Source: Bacteriovoracaceae bacterium (GTDB lineage Bacteria > Bdellovibrionota > Bacteriovoracia > Bacteriovoracales > Bacteriovoracaceae). Taken from it: a DNA stretch of 64,000 nucleotides. Positions 37,765-46,777 of this stretch are shown piece after piece. The stretch lies in contig JBLWTJ010000001.1 of the NCBI GenBank assembly GCA_048270185.1, positions 640,001-704,000 of the forward strand, written 5' to 3'. Every line of letters starts with the position of its first letter. The stretch's first letter is position 1. The notes under the pieces are model-generated. The model ran no database searches, was not told the DNA's origin, and worked only from the letters and a program-made list of their open reading frames with translations. A program made the translations under genes and the position numbers.

Positions 37765-38718
37765 ATGAACTACTATATCTATCGACCAGAAATATCGAGC
37801 TACCAAGGTGAAAGCTTCCGCTTAAAAGAGCGTAAGGCCCTTGATGAGCTGGGTGCTAAATACGTTGATACACCCATTGAGATTCCTGATGGTGCACAGG
37901 CCATTGTCATCTCTACCAGCTATACAAAGAATGAAGAAATTCTCGCATCTCTTTCACATGCACAAATTGCTCTTTGGATTCACCCTAATTCAGGCTATGA
38001 TAATTTCTCGTATGATTTCGTCAAGACAACACCATTTCCGATTGTATTAGGAAATGAAATTAGGGCCAATGCCGTTTCTCAATTCTATCTGCAATCCCTC
38101 CTCGATCACTTGGGGCGTATCCCGATAGTTAAAAATTGGGATAAGAAGAGACAATATAATCGCAATTTACTTGATGGAAAAAATATTCTAATTATTGGAC
38201 GAGGTCCAATTGGACAAAAGGTTGGAACTTGCCTTGAGAATTTTGATGCAAAAGTTAACTACTACGATCCATATCAAAATACCAAACAAAGCAAGAAAGA
38301 TCTCACTCAATGCTTAGAAAAAGCTCAAGTTCTTATCATGGCCTGCTCACTAAATAAGTCTTCATTTCACATGATTGATGAAGATGTTTTTAAAATTCTT
38401 CGTCCAGAGATTCTCATCATGAATGCAGCAAGAGGAAAGCTTATTAAACAAGAGGCCCTTCTTGAATTTTTAGAAAAGAATAGAGAGGCTCACGCTATTA
38501 TCGATGTATTCGAAAAAGAACCAATTGATTTTGAACAATTTAAAAAATACTCAAACCTAACAATGACTTCACATATCGCAGGTGTCTATCATGGCATCAA
38601 TAATAAAGTAATTAAATTTGAAAAAGAAGTGATTAGAAGCTTTCTACAAGATACTAAACTAGATAAATACCAACATCGCTTCTTAAGTAACCGTATCAAA
38701 GGCGACCTACTAATATGA
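37765..38718 (+). CDS. D-isomer-specific 2-hydroxyacid dehydrogenase family protein
   Basis: GRGPIG, NAARG, DVFEKEP and SHIAG. Confidence 0.88.
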   Translation: MNYYIYRPEISSYQGESFRLKERKALDELGAKYVDTPIEIPDGAQAIVISTSYTKNEEILASLSHAQIALWIHPNSGYDNFSYDFVKTTPFPIVLGNEIRANAVSQFYLQSLLDHLGRIPIVKNWDKKRQYNRNLLDGKNILIIGRGPIGQKVGTCLENFDAKVNYYDPYQNTKQSKKDLTQCLEKAQVLIMACSLNKSSFHMIDEDVFKILRPEILIMNAARGKLIKQEALLEFLEKNREAHAIIDVFEKEPIDFEQFKKYSNLTMTSHIAGVYHGINNKVIKFEKEVIRSFLQDTKLDKYQHRFLSNRIKGDLLI

Positions 38719-39812
38719 ATTCACAAGATAAATTAGAGCAATACCTATGTCCTGCTGGATATGGTGTCTTCACAGTCAACACAGCAAAAGAAAGAAAAGA
38801 AAAACTAACACAATTTCTCTATAAAACATCGCAAGACAATGAAGTCAGAAATGCGTGGGGTAAGAACTTAGACAAAATTGCAAGTGCAAAAGGCTGTGCT
38901 ATCTTAGGAATTGCCTCAGACTGTGGAGGTGGAATTCAAAGAGGTGCAAACTGGGGGCCTTTATTTCTTAGAAATACACTCATTGAAGATCATCTTGATA
39001 TATACAGTGAATGTCTTGATATAGGAGATATTCGTGTTATCCCTCACCTACTTCATGACAAGTACTTAAACGATGAAACAATTAAAAGTGCACAGAACGC
39101 ATTATATAACGGTAAGGATCTAAGTGTCTCACCATTAAGTATTGCGAAAGAAAGTGTTGATGAAGTTTTTAAAATTAACAATGACCTTAAACTTTTTAGT
39201 ATTGGTGGTGACCACTCCGTAAGCTTTCCACTAGTAAAAGCTTGGATTAATAATCGTAAATCCTTAGGAAAAAAAGTTGGGCTCATACATTTCGATGCCC
39301 ACACAGACCTGTTAAGAGAACGTCTTGGTATCGACTACTGCTTTGGTTCATGGCTTACTCACGTCTTAGATGATCTTGATTCTCCATCTCTGTGTTATCA
39401 ATTTGGAATTCGCTCCACAGGTAAGAGCAAAGAACACTGGGAAAGAGAATTTGGACTAAACCAATATTGGGCAAAAGATGTCAAAGAAATGGGAGCGCTT
39501 GAACTAGCACAAAAAACCTGTAAAGAACTTAAAGCACATGGAGTTGAAGAAATCTATATTAGCTTCGACATTGACGCTCTTGATGAGAGTGTTGCCGGTG
39601 CAACAGGGACTCCTGAACCAGATGGTATGATGCCACACGAATGTGCTATAATGATAAAAGAGTTCACAAAAGAATTCAACCTAACAGGTGCTGACATGGT
39701 TGAAATAGCTCCTCTTGTGGGACTTAGCGAGGAAGGCTCTAAGACAACACTTGAGGTTGGCGCGGCCATGAGCGCATTAATGATGGAGGCCATGATTAAT
39801 GGCAATAATTGA
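38715..39812 (+). CDS. Arginase/agmatinase family ureohydrolase
   Basis: GGDHS, HFDAHTD, SFDIDALD and GTPEPDG. Confidence 0.92.
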   Translation: MNSQDKLEQYLCPAGYGVFTVNTAKERKEKLTQFLYKTSQDNEVRNAWGKNLDKIASAKGCAILGIASDCGGGIQRGANWGPLFLRNTLIEDHLDIYSECLDIGDIRVIPHLLHDKYLNDETIKSAQNALYNGKDLSVSPLSIAKESVDEVFKINNDLKLFSIGGDHSVSFPLVKAWINNRKSLGKKVGLIHFDAHTDLLRERLGIDYCFGSWLTHVLDDLDSPSLCYQFGIRSTGKSKEHWEREFGLNQYWAKDVKEMGALELAQKTCKELKAHGVEEIYISFDIDALDESVAGATGTPEPDGMMPHECAIMIKEFTKEFNLTGADMVEIAPLVGLSEEGSKTTLEVGAAMSALMMEAMINGNN

Positions 39813-40494
39813 ATTTCCACCTGTCGATATCGCTGATGAGCAAGGACTCCTTGCCATCGGTGGAGATCTGCACCACGACTCTCTCCTTTTGGCGTACAAA
39901 AGTGGGATCTTCCCTTGGCCAATTTCTGAAGAATATCCTCTTGCCTGGTTTTCACCTCCACTTCGTGGAATCATTAAACAAGAAAATATCTCTCTTTCAA
40001 AATCAACAAGAAAATTTTTAAAGAATTGTGATTGGAAAATAACGTTTAATAAAGACTTCTTTGCAATCATCACTCATTGCCAAGAAACCCATTTAAAATC
40101 ACAAGATGGAACTTGGATTACAGATGAAATTATCTCTGGCTATACAAATTTCTTCAACAAAGAAATGGCATATAGTGTGGAAGTGAGAGATGAGCAAAAT
40201 GAGATTATAGGCGGACTATACGGTGTTAATATTGGACATTTCCTAAGCGGTGAATCAATGTTCTACATGAAGCCTTATGCCTCAAAAGTAGCCTTACTGG
40301 CAGTCTTATCAATTGTAAAAAAGTTTGATATCCCATATCTAGACACTCAAATGGTGACACCAGTAACTGAAAGTTTTGGAGCAACTGAAATCAATCGAAT
40401 CGACTTTATAAATACATTAAAGGAGCTAATGAACAAAAGGCCTATTGATTTTCCCGAAGAAATGAAGGCACGTGACTTACTTTCTCTTTTTTAA
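39799..40494 (+). CDS. aat: Leucyl/phenylalanyl-tRNA--protein transferase
   Basis: GLLAIGGDL, AY-GIFPW, WFSP, GTWIT, GGLYGV, GESMF and ASKVAL. Confidence 0.96.
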   Translation: MAIIEFPPVDIADEQGLLAIGGDLHHDSLLLAYKSGIFPWPISEEYPLAWFSPPLRGIIKQENISLSKSTRKFLKNCDWKITFNKDFFAIITHCQETHLKSQDGTWITDEIISGYTNFFNKEMAYSVEVRDEQNEIIGGLYGVNIGHFLSGESMFYMKPYASKVALLAVLSIVKKFDIPYLDTQMVTPVTESFGATEINRIDFINTLKELMNKRPIDFPEEMKARDLLSLF

Positions 40495-40568
40495 TTTGAA
40501 ATACAAACCAATTCTTTTTAGAAAAGTACTAATTCTAAAGCGACGATTATAAATGACCTTTGGTAAAA

Positions 40569-42086
40569 TCATTTAATCACCTCCTCTTCATTAATCCCTA
40601 AAGCATTCCACTCACAAGCAATCTGAGCAAGAGAAAATCTTTTCAATCGATCTTTAAAATACTCAATATTAGTTAGAGATGGAGTAATATAATGGAAACG
40701 CTCTACTTTAGAATCATCATTTAAATAGCAAAGCACACTAAGCTCACCAGAAGAAACTTGTGTTGTTGCATAGAAGATACCTTTTAAACACTCTTCTCCA
40801 TTTTGTTTGAAGCGTTTTTTTATGACAGGATATTCTTCACATACTTTTATGATATTTGAATAATTATTACTAAGCTCCTGTAGACGAATAAGAATTATTT
40901 CATAAGTCGTTCCACGTAAACTTAGAAACTCCTTATTATTAAGGTCGCAATATTCATAAAAACTTTCAAATTTCTTTATATTATAGTGATGGCCAAGTGA
41001 TTGTAGAGGATATGACTTAAGTGAATAATTTAAAGCAGGTAGAGGGCCATTAAATGAGTCATCTAAACTTAAGAAGTAATCATTACCTTTAGCGATTTCA
41101 ATAATATGATTTATTTCATCTTGAAATTCATGAATGAGATCTCTAACTTGATAAATCCAAGAGCGATCTTCTTTTTCAAGTAGTGAAATAAACTCATCAT
41201 AATTTGAAATATTAGCTAAATTTAACTTTTTGACAATAGAACGATATTGCAAAGAAATAAATTGAGTAACTTCACTCATCCCAGCTTTCTTAAATATATT
41301 CTCAAGACACTTTAAATTTTCAAGTGCACTTAGAACTTCAAAAATAAACATTCGTTGAATATTTGCTTGAGGACTCTTTAGTTTTCCCTCTGTGTACTCT
41401 TTTAATTCAACACATAAAAGAGCACTCATATACTTTAGTGAGAAATCACTTTCTAGAAAGCTTCCTACAATATCATCAATCGACTTTCCTTCCTGATATT
41501 TTTCAAAACTTTTAGAACTACCAAGGTCAAATTCAAACTTTATATTCTCTATTAAATTAGCATTAACATCAAAGAGAATATTTGACTTAGAGTAAGGGCC
41601 CAAAAACTTTTTAATAGGAACAACCACTTCTTCGTGGCCTATTGAACAGTCTTTAAAATATGAAAGGCAAATATCTTTTGAATCAGTATCTTTTTCAAAA
41701 CTATACTTCGAAGAAGGATGGACAATTTCATGTTGGATTCGATCATCTTTATGGTAAAAGTGAACACCATAGTGGCGGTTTATTTCAGCTTCAAACCATG
41801 TCATGGCACTGTACAAGTGAGCAAAAGAAGTAATAGTTTGCCCATAACTTAAGGCTACACCATAGAACTCACGCTTATGAAGTGCCAAATTTTGGAATTG
41901 ATAAATAAGTAAGAATCTTGCATTTAATAGGTTATATTTTGACTTCAGATCATAGGCATTCATCAAATCAATACAGCTTAAACTTGTAAAGATGACTTCT
42001 TGACTATCAAAATAATCATATGCAAGCTCACTAAGACGTGATTTTGTGATTATCTGAATTTCATCCGTAATATTAAAAATATTCAT
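40569..42086 (-). CDS. Divergent NADH:quinone oxidoreductase C/D (NuoCD)-like protein
   Basis: NuoC-like RF-LIY and W-EAE-x4-GV-F motifs. NuoD-like FEK-E, R-x4-E, IRLQE, GEL and R-x4-PS motifs. Confidence 0.65.
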   Translation of the reverse strand: MNIFNITDEIQIITKSRLSELAYDYFDSQEVIFTSLSCIDLMNAYDLKSKYNLLNARFLLIYQFQNLALHKREFYGVALSYGQTITSFAHLYSAMTWFEAEINRHYGVHFYHKDDRIQHEIVHPSSKYSFEKDTDSKDICLSYFKDCSIGHEEVVVPIKKFLGPYSKSNILFDVNANLIENIKFEFDLGSSKSFEKYQEGKSIDDIVGSFLESDFSLKYMSALLCVELKEYTEGKLKSPQANIQRMFIFEVLSALENLKCLENIFKKAGMSEVTQFISLQYRSIVKKLNLANISNYDEFISLLEKEDRSWIYQVRDLIHEFQDEINHIIEIAKGNDYFLSLDDSFNGPLPALNYSLKSYPLQSLGHHYNIKKFESFYEYCDLNNKEFLSLRGTTYEIILIRLQELSNNYSNIIKVCEEYPVIKKRFKQNGEECLKGIFYATTQVSSGELSVLCYLNDDSKVERFHYITPSLTNIEYFKDRLKRFSLAQIACEWNALGINEEEVIK

Positions 42087-42101
42087 TTAAATAAAAACCT
42101 A

Positions 42102-43445
42102 TTATAAATTAAAACTAATATCGCTTGGAAAGATTATATCTTTTTTATCAGACTTGTCACAGCTTTGTTTCTTTCCATTAAATAAAACCCAATTATAAAT
42201 TTTTTGATTAAATGTATCGGCACCACTATCGTATTCGATATAACGATAGTATGGAGTGCCCGCTTGTGAAATTGAAGCTAGTAAAGATACTGCAGAAGGA
42301 AATGCATCGGCTAGATTTTCATCACGACAACCACCAATGATTTTCCCTTGGTTAACAATGAACTCACCTTTATTATTTTTAATATTTCTAACCCAAGTTT
42401 TTAAACGACAATCATAGTAGAAGCCAATTTCTGCCGCATGCTTAAAAGCCGTTAAATATTCGATCTTCCAATGTTTATCTTTTTCTTTCTTAATATCGTA
42501 ATGACGCACGAATTTACGACAAATATCAAATTTGTTCCAATCATTCTGATAGAATTTTTTTAGACGATCTGATAAATCCTTTTTTTTATCAAATAGTTTT
42601 AAAGCGTCAGAGTAAACAACACGGCAAGATTTTTTAAGTGTTGCTAACTCACTATTTGAAAAAAGATGTCCTGAGTTAATAACATACTTCAAGGCCCTAC
42701 TTGGTAGAATTGGTGACTCTAAACGATAAGCGCCTTTAGATGTACGACCGATTTCATTTCGCCCCATTGAATTTTCGATAAATGCTTTAAAATAGCCCCA
42801 ATCAATATACTTCTTCAAAGTAGTCAGCCCCTGAGCATTATGTAGACTTTCATCAAGCATACTTTTTGCAATCAGAATAACTTCCGATTTCCAATGATTA
42901 TTTAAGTCACAAAGACCAGTGAGACAACTTTTAACTATATAAGCGCCAAGGATTTGGACTTGGACACTTTCCTCTTTCGGAAAACTTCCATCAACTAAGT
43001 ATTTAAGGTCACCAAAAACGGCCACTCGCTGAGGTTTTCCGTTTCGATTAAGTAAACGTGGAACAAAGGCCCAAGAAAAATTTGGACGCTCAATTGAAGA
43101 CGTATAATTCTTCCAAATATCTTCTTCTTTACAGAAAGTGCGCTCTTTATAAAACCTCCCACTAACCAGATCAATGTCATAATGATTTTGACTATCACGG
43201 GGCGTCGAAATAACAACATCAACCAAGTGGGACTTCACATCAATTTGTGGAGCGAAGTCAAAGAAGAGATGACCAACTGTACTTCCTTCATAATCGCGAT
43301 AAATAAAACCTTCAGGTGAATTAAACCAATTGGCCGTTAAACGATTTGTAGGTAGAACAATTTTTTTTGTTGCACAGCCAATAACAAATAATGCAAGTAA
43401 AAGAAAAATGAATTTAGTAGTTTTTTTGAATTGACAAATATACAC
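42102..43445 (-). CDS. Hypothetical lipoprotein
   Basis: Lipobox VIGC after a hydrophobic stretch. The start is set at GTG 43445 because the longer track ORF runs antisense through the tRNA. Confidence 0.75.
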   Translation of the reverse strand: MYICQFKKTTKFIFLLLALFVIGCATKKIVLPTNRLTANWFNSPEGFIYRDYEGSTVGHLFFDFAPQIDVKSHLVDVVISTPRDSQNHYDIDLVSGRFYKERTFCKEEDIWKNYTSSIERPNFSWAFVPRLLNRNGKPQRVAVFGDLKYLVDGSFPKEESVQVQILGAYIVKSCLTGLCDLNNHWKSEVILIAKSMLDESLHNAQGLTTLKKYIDWGYFKAFIENSMGRNEIGRTSKGAYRLESPILPSRALKYVINSGHLFSNSELATLKKSCRVVYSDALKLFDKKKDLSDRLKKFYQNDWNKFDICRKFVRHYDIKKEKDKHWKIEYLTAFKHAAEIGFYYDCRLKTWVRNIKNNKGEFIVNQGKIIGGCRDENLADAFPSAVSLLASISQAGTPYYRYIEYDSGADTFNQKIYNWVLFNGKKQSCDKSDKKDIIFPSDISFNL

Positions 43446-43477
43446 GTTATAGTCCAAAATCGTTAAGCATTCTAAGC

Positions 43478-43564
43478 GGTTCGGTGTTGGAATTGGTAGA
43501 CAATCTGGATTTAAAATCCAGTGGGGGCAACCCCGTGCGGGTTCAAGTCCCGCCCGAACCACCA
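43478..43564 (+). tRNA. tRNA-Leu (anticodon TAA)
   Basis: Acceptor stem GGTTCGG/CCGAACC, anticodon arm CTGGA-TT-TAA-AA-TCCAG, long variable arm GGGG-CAA-CCCC, T-arm GCGGG-TTCAAGT-CCCGC, discriminator A and encoded CCA. Confidence 0.97.
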
Positions 43565-43668
43565 TTCCTTTTTATTAATTATCAACTCTACATTTAACTT
43601 TATCAAGCTCATAATTAAATCGAAGAATTTATCATTGATTATTTTGAAAAAATGCACTGCATCTATTT

Positions 43669-45258
43669 TTAGGCAGCTTTCTTTTGACCTTGGTCCTGAT
43701 TGAGAATTTCGATCATTCTCTCACCTAGAACTTCCATAATTGTATCTGAGAGGGACTCAAATCTGATCCCAAAACCACGTGGCCTTTGGTGTGAAGTTCG
43801 CATAATAGTGAAATCAACAGCGATAGCACGCTCAAAATTCCCTTCGGAGATATAAAGAGTTCCTCTTGTATTCTTTTTAAATTCATCTTCAAATCTTGTG
43901 ACCTCGAGAAAGCCACCACTAAGAGAAAGATTTGTTATATATCCCTTAAATTCTTTATCAACGTCCATTAACGAAAATGACACAACTTCTTGCATCTCAA
44001 CGCGATACTCCGTGCGTTCAATAAGATACTTATTATTTTCAGGGTTTTCTTTATCTTCAAAAATAAGCGTTGCTTCAGTATTAAGCTCTAGCCTTTCACT
44101 TGCTGTCATCCAAGGAGTACCTGCTTTTTTCTTAACAAGAGTATCAGGCTTAATATTTCCCTTTTCCATATCAACAAGCATTTCATCAAAACGAAGAGGT
44201 CCAACAACACCTGCGCCTGTATCATACGACCATGATTTTTTATTTGAAATTTCAAAGCTCTTACCTTTTTTAAGGCCTTCGAGATTTAAACTTTCAAGTT
44301 CTTCATCATCTGCGTGCGCACGACTACCAATCTCAAGACTACCACTGGAAATATCAAACTCACCAGTTGCCTCTTCTGTGTACTCTTCAATTCCACTAGT
44401 ATCTTTTGCAAGTTCATCCTGCGAGATCATATTAAACTTTGGAGATTCAGACGCTACAACTTCATCAAGTTGATATTCCTGTGTGCGATCCTCATCATCA
44501 TTTACTAAAATATCAGGATTTGTAGAATCGGTGATTTTCTTTTCTGTATAACTTTTAAAATGCTCTAGCTCTTGTTCTGCAACTTCTAGTTTTGCATTTA
44601 AGGCCTTAGCTTTAGCAATAACCTTGGCAAGATTCTTCTTCGCCATTTTATTTTCAACAGATAAGGTTTTATATTTAATTTTAAGTGCATTAAATTTCTT
44701 TGAATACTCTTGAGAATTAGTCCCACTATCTTCGATTTCTCTAGTTGTCGAAAGTATTTTTGTAACTTTACGATTTACATCACTAATGAGTGTCATCTCA
44801 TCAAGAACACCGTCGATCTTAGCAAGAATTAAATGACTCTTGTCTTTATCACTTGAACCAATAAATTGGGCCATCTCACCAATCTTCTCTTCTAATGTTT
44901 CAACTTTTGTTTCAAAGTCTTCTCTAACCTTTTGCATTTCAGTTTGAATGATTTTAGAAATTTCATTTAGAAGATTATTAGAAGAATTATGCTCAACTTC
45001 TTCGACCACATTGATTTGTTTTAACTCAAAACCTTTAGGTGCAACTTGTGGCATATCAAAATGATTAGGAGATACTTGCAGAGACTCGTTTATAACTTTA
45101 GGAAGTTGAATATCTTTTAAAAGTTTCCATGTAAGTGAAGATTCTTCAAAGCCATATTGATTAGAAAAGACGATGCCAGACAAAGCTTCGACATAGAGAT
45201 CATTTAGATCTACCACCCTAAAATCGGTCAATGTTTCTGCAATTATAAGCTTCTTCAA
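43669..45258 (-). CDS. Coiled-coil + GYF_2 + PilZ domain protein (putative c-di-GMP receptor)
   Basis: W-Y...GP...TLV...W (GYF_2), with PilZ motifs RTEYR and NLSLSG. RBS GAGGA precedes a TTG start. Confidence 0.85.
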   Translation of the reverse strand: MKKLIIAETLTDFRVVDLNDLYVEALSGIVFSNQYGFEESSLTWKLLKDIQLPKVINESLQVSPNHFDMPQVAPKGFELKQINVVEEVEHNSSNNLLNEISKIIQTEMQKVREDFETKVETLEEKIGEMAQFIGSSDKDKSHLILAKIDGVLDEMTLISDVNRKVTKILSTTREIEDSGTNSQEYSKKFNALKIKYKTLSVENKMAKKNLAKVIAKAKALNAKLEVAEQELEHFKSYTEKKITDSTNPDILVNDDEDRTQEYQLDEVVASESPKFNMISQDELAKDTSGIEEYTEEATGEFDISSGSLEIGSRAHADDEELESLNLEGLKKGKSFEISNKKSWSYDTGAGVVGPLRFDEMLVDMEKGNIKPDTLVKKKAGTPWMTASERLELNTEATLIFEDKENPENNKYLIERTEYRVEMQEVVSFSLMDVDKEFKGYITNLSLSGGFLEVTRFEDEFKKNTRGTLYISEGNFERAIAVDFTIMRTSHQRPRGFGIRFESLSDTIMEVLGERMIEILNQDQGQKKAA

Positions 45259-45284
45259 ACTATCCTCGTTAATCTCTAAATAAA

Positions 45285-45312
45285 GTATCGGATAATAATT
45301 AATTAAAGTTTA
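45285..45312 (-). promoter_or_regulatory. Putative sigma28 promoter
   Basis: TAAAC-N15-TCCGATAC upstream of the PilZ gene. Confidence 0.5.
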
Positions 45313-45498
45313 ATAAAAATAGGTATTTACTCGGTTTTTATTTAACAAACTAAATATTGAACGCCATAACTGATTAAAATCATAGAACCTCCCCTTAATA
45401 TTTATTGGGCAAAATCAGTTCGCAACAATATTATTAATTGACTAAAATATGGCCATAATCTTTGGCATGACGGCCCTTAGAAAATATGACAAATTACT

Positions 45499-46431
45499 TT
45501 GATGTATAACTTAAGTGAGAATGAACTTATCAAGACAACAGGGTTTGAAATCGATATTGTTTCAGAAATTGAAAATTCTCTAAAACAAATTGACTGTAAA
45601 TCAACACCAGAGTTCTATCTCGATGGCCAAAAAGAAGAGGCCATCAACACTTCTCTTCAAGATTTTTACCAAATATTAAAGTCATTTAGTAATAGTCACA
45701 AAGGCCCTATTACAATTTGTGATATTGGAGCCTCCTATGGAAAGATGGCATTCGTTGCACAAGCTTATTTTCCAAATATAAAAGTCATTAGTATTGAGCC
45801 AGTAAAAAAGAGAATCGATTACGCTATCAATAAATTAAAAAACTCTAAACACGTATTTATTAATGATAGATTTAGGCAAAAATACGTTAGTGAATTTGCT
45901 ATTGATTACTACTTTCTCTACTTTCCTGTTGGAGTTATTTTAGATGAAATAATTGAGGCCATAGAATCCCCAATTATCGCAATAGAAAGCCATGGAGAGC
46001 TTTTAAATCGCTTGGGACATAGCTTCAAGCAAAAGAGACAACTAACAAAACTAATCTCACCTCGTCACAACCCAAACAGCTTTATTTTTTCAGATAAATG
46101 TGAAAGCGTACTCTATCAAGAATTTAAAGAGTTTCTATCAAAAGAGAGTGATTTAATCCTAATTACAAATGAAAAGCCTTGGTATGCAGACAAGGCTGAT
46201 CTTAAATATTTCTTCGATGAAGAAGATCAGATTACACTTGAGCTTATGACGCCTCCACGTACAATCCACTTTAGTAACAATTTAGAAACGATAAAAAGCA
46301 GCGAGCTTGATACTAACGTTCAAGAAATCATTTCCATGCGACGTGAAGGTAAACAAATTGATGGATGCTTTATTCGTAAGATTTTTGTAGATGGAAGTTA
46401 TGAGCTTTCAAGTGGGGTGATTAAGAAGTAA
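45499..46431 (+). CDS. Class I SAM-dependent methyltransferase-like protein
   Basis: CDIGASYG motif I and an acidic residue after strand 2 (ISIE). Confidence 0.65.
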   Translation: MMYNLSENELIKTTGFEIDIVSEIENSLKQIDCKSTPEFYLDGQKEEAINTSLQDFYQILKSFSNSHKGPITICDIGASYGKMAFVAQAYFPNIKVISIEPVKKRIDYAINKLKNSKHVFINDRFRQKYVSEFAIDYYFLYFPVGVILDEIIEAIESPIIAIESHGELLNRLGHSFKQKRQLTKLISPRHNPNSFIFSDKCESVLYQEFKEFLSKESDLILITNEKPWYADKADLKYFFDEEDQITLELMTPPRTIHFSNNLETIKSSELDTNVQEIISMRREGKQIDGCFIRKIFVDGSYELSSGVIKK

Positions 46432-46665
46432 CTCTTTCCCATTGCTCCTGCGGAAACAAAATCGACATAAACGTCGATTTGTTTAAATAGTATTCGAGCT
46501 AAAGACTGGGGAGCTAACACCGCATCATATCTTGCTTCCGCAAGATGCTGCGGATGTTTTCGTAAGATTTTTGTAGATGGAAGTTATGAGCTTTCAAGTG
46601 GGGTGATTAAGAAGTTATGAGCTTTCAAATGGGGTGATTAAGAAGTAACTCTTTCCCATTGCTCC
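46363..46665 (+). repeat. Direct duplication of the methyltransferase gene 3' end, including a 31-bp unit in three copies
   Basis: 46373-46429 is identical to 46559-46615. 46394-46448 matches 46611-46665 with one mismatch. GAAGTTATGAGCTTTCAARTGGGGTGATTAA starts at 46394, 46580 and 46611. Confidence 0.95.
46432..46553. ncRNA. Structured non-coding element, copy A (unknown family)
   Basis: Two hairpins plus an outer TTCCCA/TGGGGA pairing. The stems covary with copy B. Confidence 0.55.
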
Positions 46666-46777
46666 AGAGGCAACAAAGCCGACATAAACGTCGGCTTGTT
46701 GAATATATTTTTTTAGCTAAAGTGCTGGGGAGCCTATAGTGCGTCAAATCTTAGCTTCGCTAAGATGCCGCACTATA
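46649..46777. ncRNA. Structured non-coding element, copy B (unknown family)
   Basis: Same architecture as copy A with compensatory substitutions. The last stem overlaps the lpdA stop codon. Confidence 0.55.

Noticed and set aside
43446..43565. N-terminal extension of the 487-aa ORF (MVVRAGLEPARG...)
   Set aside because: It is the antisense reading of tRNA-Leu. The lipoprotein signal starts downstream.
43478..43668. tRNA-Leu as an integration site for an island
   Set aside because: No integrase is present and I did not see a duplicated tRNA 3' end in the window.
43898..44473. 191-aa Ser-rich ORF on the plus strand
   Set aside because: It is an antisense shadow inside the PilZ gene. The same applies to the many 60-135-aa nested or antisense ORFs in the track.
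46511..46560. Integron attC site (GCTAAC...GTT around a hairpin)
   Set aside because: The AAC/GTT pair is absent from copy B, the right end is not GTTRRRY, and there is no integrase in the window.
46394..46641. Three 31-bp repeats as a mini-CRISPR array
   Set aside because: The spacers are 155 bp and 0 bp, the repeat is part of a coding 3' end, and no cas genes are present.
46432..46777. Known riboswitch or ribozyme (c-di-GMP-I, SAM-II, c-di-AMP, pistol)
   Set aside because: Only short words match (GGCAAC, GCTAAAG, AGCTAAC, TTAAATAG), several in one copy only. The core consensus motifs are missing, and the location is between convergent 3' ends.
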